NCBI GenBank assembly: GCA_013265495.1
Contig: MU058418.1
Span: forward strand, 806,001-870,000
DNA length: 64,000 nucleotides
Reading direction: 5' to 3'
Origin: Vicugna vicugna
Taxonomy: Eukaryota
The position numbers and the translations under genes are program-made. Positions 13,566-25,844 of this stretch are shown here, in pieces. The notes beneath the pieces are model-generated. The model did not search any database. It was not told where the DNA came from and saw nothing but the letters and a program-made list of their open reading frames with translations. Numbering within the stretch: the first letter of the stretch is position 1; every line of letters begins with the position of its first letter.

Positions 13566-14113
13566 CTGTCAAAAAAAGGAAGATAAGGTAATAAGTTAAA
13601 CTATTTTCATAGTGAAGGCAAAACCAGAGTTAATACCACACTAACCTTCATTATCATGCTAATGTTTTTTTGGAACATGAAAGTACTGTCTACTTATAAC
13701 TGAAAAACTTAAATACTGACTTGAACCCAAAATATTCAGTTACATAATCAGTAATTTCTAAGAAATTCTCTCCTCCGTTCCCTTTTGCTATAGAAGTAAC
13801 AAAAAGTATAAAACAGTTGGAACATGCGGTTTATTAAGGAAGCTAAGCAGAAATGGTGGTCTTCAAACATAAAAAAATAATTATGTTGAACGAGAAAAGC
13901 CACCCAAACCCACGAGAAGTTAAAACAGGTTTATTTAAGAGTTATAACAAAAGGTATTTTAGTTCCCAGGAAAAATCTGCAATTCAGTTAAAAAGGAATT
14001 AAACTAGAGCCCAAATATCATGTATTGCTTTATTAAACTCACCACAATCACTTGATTTGAATAACTCTCCCAAGTTTAAAAAATTTTTAAGTAAGTGTGA
14101 AAATAAAAACCTA

Positions 14114-14639
14114 CCTTTTTGTGAAGATGGCACGCAGAAAGCAAAGAAAGAAGCCCCTGCCACTTTCAAAGCTAAAGCCAAAACAAAAGCTGGGGAGGCC
14201 AAAAAGGCAGTGCTAAAAGATCTACAGCCACAAAAGAAGAGAAGATTTGCATGTTATCCACCTTCTAGTGGCCCAAGACACTCCAAAGGCAGCCCAATTA
14301 TCCTTGGAAGAGCAACAAGCTTGACCATGTCATTACCCAGTTTCCCTGAGCACTGAGTTGGCCATGACGAAGACAGAAGACAGAAGACAGCAACACACTT
14401 GGGTTCACTACTGATGTCAAAGCCAACAAGCACCAGATCAAAAGGACTGTAAAGAAGATCTACAATACTGACATGGCCAAGATCAACACCTTGATCAGGC
14501 CTGATGGAGAGAAGAAGTTGTATGTTCGATTGGCTTCTAACTATGATGCTTTGGGATGTTGCCAACAAAACTGAGATCATCTAAATTTAGTCCAGCTGAC
14601 TAATACTAAGTAAAAATGTTTTCATGATATTAAAAAAAA
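14114..14639 (+). pseudogene. RPL23A: RPL23A processed pseudogene, antisense in SEC63 intron 1
   Basis: ATG at 14127; [44 protein letters not shown] at 14582-14584; intronless, frameshifted, 5' CCTTTTT tract, A-tail, AAAAAC(C)TAC flanking duplication. Confidence 0.95.
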
Positions 14640-14859
14640 CTACAAAACAAAGACCTTAAATAGATGTCCGATAAGTGAAAGATCTTTGCAAATAATAGAA
14701 CACTCCAAAGCTGCCATGTAAGAAATCCAACTACCCTGTTATCATTTTTTGAGGAAAGAATCCACGTGAGAGAGCTATGTGGCAGGAGGTATCAGAACCA
14801 GGTATGGTGAAGAAGATCCATACAGGGAAAGGGGTAGTGACAGAAAAGGAGACTGGTAA

Positions 14860-16110
14860 TATACAGGGGGACTGATTAAATACATTAATTTATTAAGGGT
14901 AACTGGCATCAGTTTTTTACTGTCAGAGAAGGAAGTTACATACATGAAAAATTAGAAAACATGAATGAACCCTGTGGTGTTGAAGGTTATCAGTATAAAC
15001 TAATTAATAGCTTTTACTATAGAAATATAAATGTAGACCTACACACACACATACATATTCCCTAATTATATGAAGTGTAGGAGCAATGGCATCTCAATAT
15101 CAGTGAGCATACCTAGTACCCAGATCTTAATTTCTATATAGCATTCTCCACGAACAGGAACCAGAGATCCAAGTTATTTTCCCACAAAATATTACAAAAA
15201 GGAAAGAATGATTTTACAGCGGGGGAAGTGCATTAGATTGAATAACTAACCCCTCTCCAAGATGTCCACCATATCCTAATACCCAGAACCAATGAATGTA
15301 TTATCTTACATGGCAAAAGGGACTTCACAGGTGTGATTAAAGATCTGAGGTGGGAACATTATCCTGAATTATCTGGGTGGTCCCACTATAATCACAGGGG
15401 TCTTTATAAGGAAGCAGGAAAGTCAATGACAGAGAAGATAATGTGACAATTGGCAGAGGCTGGAGTATTATCATTTGAAGATGGATGGAAAGGCCACACG
15501 CCAAATAATATAGGCTGACTCTAGAAGCTGGAAAAGGCAAGGATTCTATTCTAAACCTTCCAGAAAGAATCTGTCCTGCCAACACCATGACTAAAACCCA
15601 TCTTGGACTTCTGACCTCCAGAACTATAAGATAATAAATTTGTGTCATATTAAGCCACTAAGGTTATGGTTTGTTACAGCAACAACAGGAAATTAATACA
15701 GAAAATCTGGCAGAAACCATCTTAATCAGGTGATCAGTGAACATCACCAGCAAAGAGACAAAATGCAATCATGTATCATCTGGTAGAATGCAATGAGATG
15801 AACACAGAATCAGTTTTGTGAAATTGCTGTCTAAGACACATAACTTGAATCTAATTATGAGAAAACACTGGACAACAAAAATTCAGGTCCATGCTACAAA
15901 ATAATTGGCCTGTAATCTTTAAAGCCAAGGTAAAACTAAAGATGGTTCAGACTGAAGGATACTAAAGAAACCTGTCAACGAAATGTTATATGTAATTCTG
16001 AAATAGATCTTTTGCTATAAAGGACATCATTGAGACAAGTGACAAAACTTGAATGGGTCTAAAAATGAAATGGTAGTAATGTTAATTTTCTGATTTTCAC
16101 AGTTAAATTA
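14860..16110 (+). mobile_element. Old L1 (L1MC-like) 3' region interrupted by an MLT1 LTR
   Basis: L1MC-type 3'UTR motifs (CTTGAATCTAATTATGAGAAAACA, AAAGGACATCATTGAGACAA) on both sides of the LTR. Confidence 0.55.
15229..15700 (+). mobile_element. MLT1 (ERVL-MaLR) solo LTR, MLT1C/D-like
   Basis: CTTACATGGCAAAAGGGACTT, GACTTCTGACCTCCAGAACTATAAGATAATAAAT, terminal TTACAGCAACAACAGGAAATTAATACA. Confidence 0.85.
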
Positions 16111-17800
16111 TGGACACTTTTGAAAATACCACTGGTGATTTTTTAATCAGTATTTCATTAAATTAAGCCTCCACCATCTCCCATTTTAAGTATAAAACCA
16201 AGGAAACATCTGATAAGGTTATAAGAACAATGCTGAAGTTACTTTATTAACTAGATGGCTTGATCTTTCCAAAGGAATGGTATTTTCCCAATATTTCTGT
16301 CCATGAGAAAGTACACATAGTTTTTACCCCTCAAAGTGTTGTACAATATGTACATGTACCTTGCATGCCTCTTTCTTCCAATCCAAAATTTACACTGTAA
16401 CCTTTTAGGAAAATATTTAAGTCAATCAGTAAGTACAGCAGGGTATAGTTTACACAGTAACAGTGATATCCAACACAACTAAACATAAGTAGTACATACT
16501 CCAAAATTCTACATGTATGACCTCAAATCAAAGTAACTGTCAGAAGTTCTTCCATATATTTTTAAGACACTTAGAATAAAAAGAAACTCATTTATAAGCT
16601 TCTAGTTTACAGAATTACTAGTCTCATGGCTAGCAAAGATTACCTAATTAATATCATTAACTTATGACATAGTTTTAAAGAAATTACCCACATTTACAGA
16701 AAAGGGAAATTTCGAGGTCATAAAACAATTCTGTGATTTTAAAAGCAACATAACAACATATTATGATTACTCTCAGCAGCTGAACATGAAGTTTACATGT
16801 CCGTGGGAGTAGTCCAGGCTTGGAGGCAGGTTATTATGGTTGGGCTTCATAAGCTATATGGTGCCTCTGCTAAAACAGTCACATCCATCTGTCATGCCAG
16901 AATGATCTGCCGGTCTGAGAGTCACTCAGATCTGCTGAGTAAACTCTTAGCACCGTTTTCCTAGAAACTGAAGAGTGAAAGAATGTTAGCCAGATCTGAA
17001 GTCTTCAAACCTTAGTGCCTGCTTATCACAAAAGAACTCGAAAAATACATGTATCTTCTTGTAGAGTTTTAATTTGGCATCTAAAATTTTCATTGTTAAG
17101 TTTGAAGAGTTGCAGAAGATGTCATTCTCTGACATATGTTGATGTTGACATTTTAAAATAAAAGGGTTCCACTGCTTTTAAATTTACCAAGGAAATCTAA
17201 AAACCATAGCAATTTCATACCCACCATCATCCATTTGCAAAAATTCATGAAAAAGCTCTTCATTCCACTTCCCCCACATAATTTTATCCTAATGTAATAT
17301 ATTTTTATCCTGGTAAGTCATTTCTTATAATACTGACACATACTTCTTAAAATTAATTTGTTTTATTCCTTGTGACTACTTTTTCCCGACTTTTTATACT
17401 TCAAAATGTCAAGCCTTCAGAAAAGTTGGAAGAGTATTACAATGAATAATATCCTATCTAACTCCACCAACTATTAACATTTTTTGCAACTCTCTGCTTC
17501 ATGTCTCATTCCTTCTTTTCTTCCCTTTCCCCTTTATTTTAGGGAAAGCTGCAGACATCAAGAGACTTCGCATCAAATGCTTTGGCACATATAGCCAAAG
17601 AACATCAGCTAAGTTTATCATAGTGATAAGTTTAATATCTATACAGTTGTATGTGTTAACATTGCTGATGCTACTTTGTGTGTGTGTGTATGTCATCAAG
17701 GCAACACAGATATTATAAATGGACACATTACTAAAATAAGAATGTTCAAAGACTTAAAACTCTAAATACTAAAACTTACTTTTTAAAATAAAAAGTACAC

Positions 17801-17910
17801 AGGGGTGGGTACCACTCAGTGGTAGAGTGCATGCTTAGCATGCTCAAGGTCCCAGGTTCAATCCCCAGTAGCTCCACTAAAAAAAAAAAAAAAAAAAAGC
17901 CTAAATAAAT
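17801..17910 (+). mobile_element. tRNA-Ala-derived SINE (Vic-1-like)
   Basis: tRNA-Ala(AGC)-like head with A/B boxes, A-tail, TSD AAATAAAAA(G/C)TACAC at 17786-17800 and 17911-17925. Confidence 0.88.
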
Positions 17911-18880
17911 AAATAAAAACTACACTTTTACCAATATGGCACATTGTTAGGTAAAACAGCTTTATCTTTTACTTTAAGTATATTTTGTCAAAACTTGCAG
18001 ATTACCTCGAGTCATTCAATTTATAGAAAAAAATATGCTATGTAATGTAACTGACAAAGGCAGTTCTCATTGTTAAATCAGGCAAATCAAACTAGATCAA
18101 AAAGTCTGATTTTATTTTGCAGTTCAAATAAATATATTGATATTTTGATATTCTGAGGGTTATAAAAATCACTGTGAAATAAATTTTAGAACATACCTTG
18201 CAATATAGATACATCAGTTTTCTAGCTACCCAGTCTCTAGGCAGCTAGTCAAGACTATCACCTCAGTGTGATACTGGCTCCCTCACTGATAGGACAATTT
18301 TGTTTTATTAATTTTAGAAAAAAATAGGAAAATACATTTTACTTTAATAGTGCAGGTAGTTCCCGAAATGCTTCAAAAAAGGAAAAGTATGAGAATGATA
18401 ATTTGCAAGTGAAAAACTGGTGGGAATCACTGCTCTAAACCATCAAAACTACAGCTTACCTAACCATCTCAAAACAGACTAAGAGGAACTAAGACTTCTG
18501 TTATGCTCTTAACTTGAATCTAAATATTTGGCCATGATGTGTCATTGTCAAGGCCAGGTCAGAACCGCTTGGATTAGATAGGAACTTGACTAAACACTAC
18601 TCACCATCACCACCACACATTGCACATAATCACAGATTACCGAAATTGGAAGGGTTCCAGAAACTTGGGTTCAGTTGCCACCTACCCCATATGCATACTT
18701 TTGCAATGAAGAAGGAAACCCAGAAGGCAACTGAAAATGTTTGGATCAGAGCAGAACCACCATACTGATCAAGAACTATTCAGCAGGCCCCTGACTAGAC
18801 AGCAGCATACAACTGTATCACATGCTCACCCACCTAAATTTTATTTTCCCTTTATAGTACTGAAACAAGCACTATAGAGT

Positions 18881-19040
18881 ACGGTTTTTCAGCTTCAGCA
18901 CTATTGACATTTTGGACTAGGTAATTCTGGAGAGCTGTCCTGTGCATTAGAGGATGTTTGGCAGTATTATGATCTCTTTCCACTAGATGCCAAAAGCACC
19001 TCCCCACAAGAGACAATATTAAACACATACACACCCCAAA
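18881..19040 (+). mobile_element. MER20-like hAT-Charlie DNA transposon
   Basis: CAGCACTATTGACATTTTGG..GCTGTCCTGTGCATT..CCACTAGATGCC. Confidence 0.8.
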
Positions 19041-19764
19041 TCACATGGCTATAGAAGGGTCACGGAAAGCAAGTTGAACGATACAGCCTGAAGATTAGGG
19101 ACACAGGGAGAAGAAAGGGAAGGTTGGGAGAATAAACAGGGGTAGTAAGGCAACAATTATCTTTTTCCATTCCCCTACAAGCAACCTTCAGGCAAAAAAA
19201 AATCACTATATATTTGAGCACTTACAAACACCTGGGGGGGTGGAGGCGGGTGGCAGTTCGGGTGCTTGATTATTTTAAAAGACCGAAAAGCCAAAGAAAC
19301 AAAAAAAGCTGGGGGAAGACAGCCCACAACAATTTCAATTAATGGTAGTTTGGCATAGAGGTCACCTGAAGGCAAAAATTAAAATTTTAGATATTCATAA
19401 TTATCCCTGATCTCAAATTACAAGTGTTAGCTGCCATTGTGTGCAATCTTTGTAAAGACCACTTTAAAAATACAGTAGGTGGCTACATGATGGAGATTAA
19501 AAATATACACCTACAGGATGATAAAACGTCTAATGTTATATAATGTTGCACTTGTGACTTGGAATAAAATTTCCATTGATGGTCATGTTCAGAACCTGAA
19601 AGTCCCAAATGAAGATGAAACAAATTCTGAAAACCTGTAAGATGACTTAAAAAATAGCTCTGGTGATCATAAAGACACTGAGGTTGAATACATGAGGAGT
19701 TTAAAAATAACTGTTTCCTGAAATGTAAGGGGCTAAAACTGTATTTTTTTAAATGTTATATTTT

Positions 19765-19833
19765 ATAGCCAAGACATGGAAGCAAACTAAATGTCCCTCA
19801 ACAGATAAATGGATAAAGAAAATGTGCTGTGTG

Positions 19834-19869
<36 letters not shown>

Positions 19870-20322
19870 GGAAAATTAAAAAAGGAATGAAATAACGTCA
19901 TTGGCTACAACATGGATGAACCTAGACCTAGAGATCATCATACTAAGTGAAGTCAGTCAGTCAGAGAAAGACAAATATCACATGGTATCACTTACACGTG
20001 GAATGTAAAAAAATGACACAAACAAACTTCTTTACAAAACAGAAAGAGACTCACAGACATAGAAAACAACTTATGGTTACCAGAGGGGGAAGGGGGAGGG
20101 AGGGATAAACTGGAAGTTGGGGATTGGTAGATACAAACTACTATGTATAGAATAGATAAACAACAAGGTCCTACTGCACAGCACAGGGAACTATATTCAA
20201 TGGCTTATAGTAACCTGTAATGAAAAAGAGTATGTATACATACATATGTATAACTGAATCACTATGCTGTACACCAGAAACTACTACAACATTGTAAACC
20301 AAGTATACTTCAATAAAAATAA
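19765..20322 (+). mobile_element. L1 3' end (artiodactyl-type) with internal (CA)n at about 19837-19868
   Basis: AGCCAAGACATGGAAGCAA..ACATGGATG..GCACAGGGAACTATATTCAA..TATACTTCAATAAAAA. Confidence 0.9.
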
Positions 20323-20479
20323 AGCACTCTATTTTATATGATTTTTAAATATGCAACTAAAATGTATAAATTAAACATTTTAAGTAGGTATGACTTCATC
20401 CTTAAAAGGATATATACTTGAGCTGGCAAAAAATTTTTTCACCTCATTAAGAAATAGGGAACTTTGTCAACTTTTCTGC

Positions 20480-20990
20480 TTAGAAACTTTCAGTAGCTTC
20501 CCACTGCACCTAAAATAAAGTCCAAGCTTCGTACCTGGCTGACAGACATGATCTGCACCCCGGCTCCCCCTATGACTTTATCCCTGATTCTTCTCACCTG
20601 TCACACTCCTGCCATGCTGATCTTCTCTCTTCCTGAAAGAGGCCCAACTCTTTCTTGCCTTAAAGACTTTGTACACAACTGTTTCCTCGGTCTGAAATAA
20701 ACTTTTCCATTCCACACAGATCTTTGGATGGCTGGCTCTCTTTTGTCACTCAGCTTGAAAAAATGTTCTCAGGAAGACTTTCTCTGAATACTCTACTTTT
20801 CTACACGGTATTTATCACTATCTGATATTTTTTATTATTTATATGTAGTATGTCAATTGTCTCCCCTATACTAGGAATATAAGCTTCAAGAGAGGGATCC
20901 TATCTATATTGTTCACTCCTATATTCCACTGCCTAACACAATGCCTGGCCAATAGTAGATATTAATAAATATTTATTGAATGTTTGAATG
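20480..20990 (+). mobile_element. L2 3' fragment
   Basis: Ends with the L2 terminus CAATGCCTGGC..AATAAATATTTATTGAATG. Confidence 0.7.
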
Positions 20991-22913
20991 ATCTCATTTA
21001 GACTTCCCAACCACCCTGGGGGTATGTATCTATGTATGTATGAATGATTATACTTTAAAAACAAAACAAAAAAACCAAACCAAACCAAACAAACAAAAAA
21101 ACTGAGGCTCAGAGAGGTTAAGTAACTTGCTCAAAGTTACGGATGCTACCAAAGAAATCACAACCACTAAAAAACAAAGATGGGACTTGTGCTCAGGTTT
21201 AAATTCACATGCACTTCATCATTTTATTTTAAACACCTTTCCTATCAAAGAATAGCTAGACCGCTGTGACAATTGACAAAAGTAGCTAAAATATATTGTA
21301 CCCTTATTCTGATTAACTTATTAACCAGAATTCACTACATCTCCTAAGCAGAAAGCATTATATGAAGAAATTCAAGTCAAAAAATTTAAGAACAAGGAGT
21401 AGACAACTGATTAGATAATAACTCTAAAAAAAAGTCTGGTGAAATAGAAGTTCACAGACAAAAAGAGTATTACAAATAAAACTGCTGAAAGGACTTCAGC
21501 ACTAAAGAATGTGAATGAGGCAAGCCAATAGAACACATAAATTTGGGGGGAGAGATGACAAACCAGTTTTTCGTTTGTTTGTTTTAGCTCAATCTGCTAC
21601 AGAAGTGTCAAGATCCAAAAGAAAAGCAAACATCCATCCTTCATATCTGTAGAACACAGGGGTTTTTATGAGCAATTGTCTCTCAGCCAGAAGATAACAG
21701 TAAGGAAAGAAGGGGAGTCTCAGTTGTAGAAATGATTCATTCCAAGTTACATTTCTCAGACTAAACTAGAAGTCCAAGACAGTTGAGAATCCTAAACAAA
21801 TTAAGAGTGTGCTCCAATACGTCTCTGAGAAGGATGCTATGTCTCCTTAGCATACTCTCAAACATGACCTGAAATCCTACCAAAGGGTCCTCTCTACCCT
21901 GCCACCTCGTCAGCCAACACATCTACCCTGTTAGCTACTTTACTCTTCATCCAATCCTCTACCATGATAAGCCATAGCCCAAGTCAAAGGTTAATTACTT
22001 TTAAGATAAAACAAGAGAAAAAGAAATAGAGAAACTCAAATACTGTTAAAATAAAGAAATACTAGCTTTAAAAAAAGAAGGCAACTTAAAATACTTAAAA
22101 GGATGTTAAGCCCCACTGGGACCTTAAACACCACATACCCTAAAGTAAAGACAATTCACTGAGCTGAAAAAGCCTGTAGTCACAAGGTACAGAGAAGGTC
22201 TTCCTTAAGATCGCAGCCAATCTAGCCAGAGATTGTTTAAATAAGCTTTTGGATGTTAATAACAAATTTATACAGAATACTCAGCATATACATAAGAGCA
22301 GAAGGAAGAAAATATTCACCACTCCAACACCCAGACAATAATCACTAATAACATTTTAATATGTTTCCTTTGTAGGCCCGTTAGGAGAGTATTTGGGAAG
22401 GAAGAAAGAAAGGAGAGTTGGCAAGGTTAAGGGTACATACTCAGGAAAGACATCTCTGTGAACAAGTAAGTTTCAGCAACTAATTTCTAGTGGTGATGTG
22501 TTTCCCTCAATTAGAGGGCGGTGGGACTGCCTCAATCAAGGCCCTCAAGGACACTTCTGCAGTTATGATGACATCTACTACTTCTCCCCAATGCAGCAGA
22601 TGCCCAAGAGATAGTTTCTTAGACAGGAGAACAAACAGGACACACAAAAACTAATTTAAGTGTAGCACTCTATAATGTACCAGTGTACAAACTGAAAGAC
22701 ACAATCGCATAAAGCTGAAGTTTGTGTTAAAATCACATTACCTGTAATTTTTTACTTTTTAATTTCTAAATACCTCACATAATTAGAAATTCACTGTAAA
22801 CATCATTTAATGACTACAAATAACCAGATGAACTGACACCATAATATACCTACCATCCTACAATTAGATATATAAACTGTTTCTAATTTTTTGGTATAAT
22901 AGGCATCTAAATA

Positions 22914-23743
22914 GGGTGTTCTGAGACTCAATTTCCAACATGGGGATGGGGAAGTTCCCCACACCTCTAATGAGTAATTCTTGGAATACCAGCTAAACGG
23001 TCAGAAAATTCAACTCAATTCTAACACTTCCTACCCCTATCTACCTAGAGATAGCATCAGATTCCACAGGTTGAGGGCTCAGTCTCACAAGGCCACATAC
23101 CCATGGCCCCCTACTTTAGACACCAATCATAAGCCATGGTTACAGACTGGGGGTTCCAATGACCTCTTCCTTTGGTTCAATTAATTTGCTAAAGTGGCTC
23201 ACAAAAACTCAGAGAAAGATTTTACTTACTGGATCACCAGTTTATTAAAAAAGGATGTAACTCAGGAGTAGCCAGATGGAAGAGATGCATAGAGTAAGGT
23301 ATGGGGAAAGGGCGAGGAACTTCCATGCCCTCTCTGGGTGCACCACTCTCCCAAAATCTCCACATGTTCAACAACCCAGACGCTCTATGAACTCATCCTT
23401 TTGGGGTTCTATAGAGGCTTCATATCATAGGCAGGGTTGATTAAGTCATTGGTTATTGGCATTTGAGCTCAATCTCCAGCCTCAGAGGTCAGGGGATAGG
23501 ACTGAAAAGTTCCAATCTTCTAATCAGATGGTTCTCCTGGTGACCAGCAGAATCTTTCTTTAGGTGCTTCCAAAAGTCACCTCATTTATATAACAAAAGA
23601 CATCTTCATCACTCTCAGCACTTGGGAAATTCCAAGGGTTTTGAAAGCTGTGACCAGGAACTATGGATAAAGACCAAATATATATAAGAAATACATATTT
23701 GATCATGACCAAATATATATTTCTTGTAAGTCACAATATCACA
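22914..23743 (-). mobile_element. MER21-like LTR, sense to SEC63
   Basis: Minus strand begins TGTGATATTGTGA; internal ATTCAACTCAATTCT, GATAGCATCAGATTCCACAGGTTGAGGGCTCAG. Confidence 0.75.
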
Positions 23744-23784
23744 GTATCTTTCTTTGGTCCTATAAGTATTTACAACTATATCCC

Positions 23785-24142
23785 TGGAGATTGTCATTCT
23801 AAGTGAAGCAAGTCAGAAAGAGAAAGAAAAATATCACATGATATTGCTCATATATGAAATCTAAAAAAAAAAAAAGAGAGACACTCAAATGAACTTATCT
23901 GCAAAACAGAAACAGACTCATACACATAGAGTACAAACTTATGGTTTCCAAGGGGTAAAAGGGGTGGAAAGGGATAAATTGGAAATTTGAAATTTGCACC
24001 TCTTAGCAAGTGATGGAAATGTTAGCTATCTCAATTGTGGTGGTTGTTTCATTGGTGTAGACATTTATCCTAATTCATCAAATTGTTCATCTGAAATTGT
24101 TCATGTGTAGTTTATTGTACAGGAATCATACTATAATAAAGG
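23785..24142 (+). mobile_element. L1 3' fragments (younger piece fused to an older L1 3' end)
   Basis: CATTCTAAGTGAAGCAAGTCAGAAAGAGAAAG..GGGATAAATTGG, then an old-L1 tail ending ATAATAAAG. Confidence 0.75.
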
Positions 24143-24143
24143 T

Positions 24144-24380
24144 GGAAAGAAGGAAGGAAGAAAGGAAGAAAAGAGAAAGAAAAGAAAAGAAAAGAAACGA
24201 AAAGAAAAGAAAAGAAAAGAAAAGAAAGCAAGCAAGTGGAAGAGAGGGAGGGAGGGAGGGAGGGAGGAAGGAAGGAAGGAAGGAAGGAAGAAAGGAAGGA
24301 AGGAAGGAAGGAAGAAAGGAAGGAAGGAAGGAAGAGAGGAAGAGAGAAAGAGAGAAAGAAAGAAAGAAAGAACGAACAAA
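24144..24380. repeat. Compound polypurine microsatellite (GAAAA)n/(GGGA)n/(GGAA)n/(GAAA)n
   Basis: About 240 nt of near-pure purines, directly visible. Confidence 0.97.
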
Positions 24381-24689
24381 CAATATCCTTAGAAAAGTGT
24401 CCCAGAAGTGGAACTGCTAAATTTAAAATTTTTAACATTTTTAAAGCTCCCTTCTAATAAAGGAAGTAGGACTACACATTCTCTTCAGCAGTTTGCATGA
24501 CTGGCACCACCGGTCTTCAGCAGCCAGTATGAAAGTCAATTTTTACTCATGTGTACTCAGACTCTTGGGGGCAGAGATTGTTATCCTATATATAAATAAT
24601 CATTCCTCCCCTTTTCAGTTGCCAAGAATACAGTAGGCACTATATAAATATTTGTATAGAATTGTATAGAATGTAGAAAACTCCTTTAT

Positions 24690-25800
24690 AAAACAAATAT
24701 TGGTAAGTACCTACTATGTGCCCAGATGTTTCTGAACACTGAAGATACAGCAGAAAACAAAACAAAAACCCGTGCTCTCACAGACCATACGTTCTAGCAG
24801 AAGAGAACAAAAAAAATTAAGTAAATTACATAGCATATTAGAAGATAAGTGTTATGGAGAGAAATAAAACAGAAAGGGAAGAGCTTCCTTGGAGGTAGAA
24901 AAAAACTTAATTTTAAATAAGGTGCTCAAAGAAGGCATGACTGAGAAGATGGTACTTGAGCAAGGACACAAAGGAGATGAGGGAGGTAGTAACATAGCTC
25001 CCTAGAGGAAAATCATTCCAGGCATAGGAAACAAAAACTATAAAGGTCCAAAAGAAAGAGTATTCCTCATGTGATCTAAGAACAGCAGAGAGGACAGTCT
25101 GACTTAAATGGAAAGAGCAAGAAGGAAAATGAAGTCAAAAAGATCATGGACTTCACAGGCCACTCTAATGACTCTAGCTTCTATTGTGATTGAGATGGGA
25201 GTGCGTTAAAGGGTTCTGAGTGGAAGAGTAACAAGGGCTGGCTTCAGTTCTAAAAGGTTCACTCTGCTACCATTTTGAGAACATATTGCAAGGAACAAGG
25301 GTAAAAGCAAGGAGACTAGTTAGGAGCTAATGATAATCCAGGCAATAAGCCAGGACAGCAGTAGTGGTGCAAATGGTTAGACTAGATATTATTTGAAGGT
25401 AAAGCCAACAGTACATGCTAACAGTCTGAAAGTGGCCTATGAGACAGAGTTGAGCCAAGAATAACTAACTCCAAGACTTCTTGCCTGAACAGCTGAAGAA
25501 CAGATGTGATTAACTGAGATGGAGAAGATTATGGGTCAAGAAGACTGAGAGAGGGGAGACAGAAATCACATCAGTTTTGTGCATATTAAGATGCCTATTA
25601 GATACTGAAATGTAGACTTGGCACTTATATATACCCGGGTCTGGAGTTTAAGGAAAAAGTTCTAGACTGAAAATATAAGTGTGATGAGTCACACAGATGA
25701 TATTTAAAGCCATGAGACTGGATGAGAACACCAAAGGAGTAAGTGTGGATAGAAAAGAAGTCAAAAACTTGGCCCTGAGGTATTCTAATACTAAGAAGTT
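24690..25800 (-). mobile_element. L2 fragment
   Basis: TACCTACTATGTGCCC, AAGATGCCTATTAGA, GATATTTAAAGCCATGAGACTGGATGAG are typical reverse-L2 motifs. Confidence 0.75.
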
Positions 25801-25844
25801 CTCACCAGTAAACTATGTTCAATAAGTTATCCCATAAAAATAGA

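Noticed and set aside
14057..14580. 99-aa and 108-aa ORFs as novel proteins
   Set aside because: Frameshifted and antisense readings of the RPL23A pseudogene.
24097..24457. Five overlapping ORFs (ERKEGR / SFLP repeats)
   Set aside because: Translation artefacts of the purine microsatellite.
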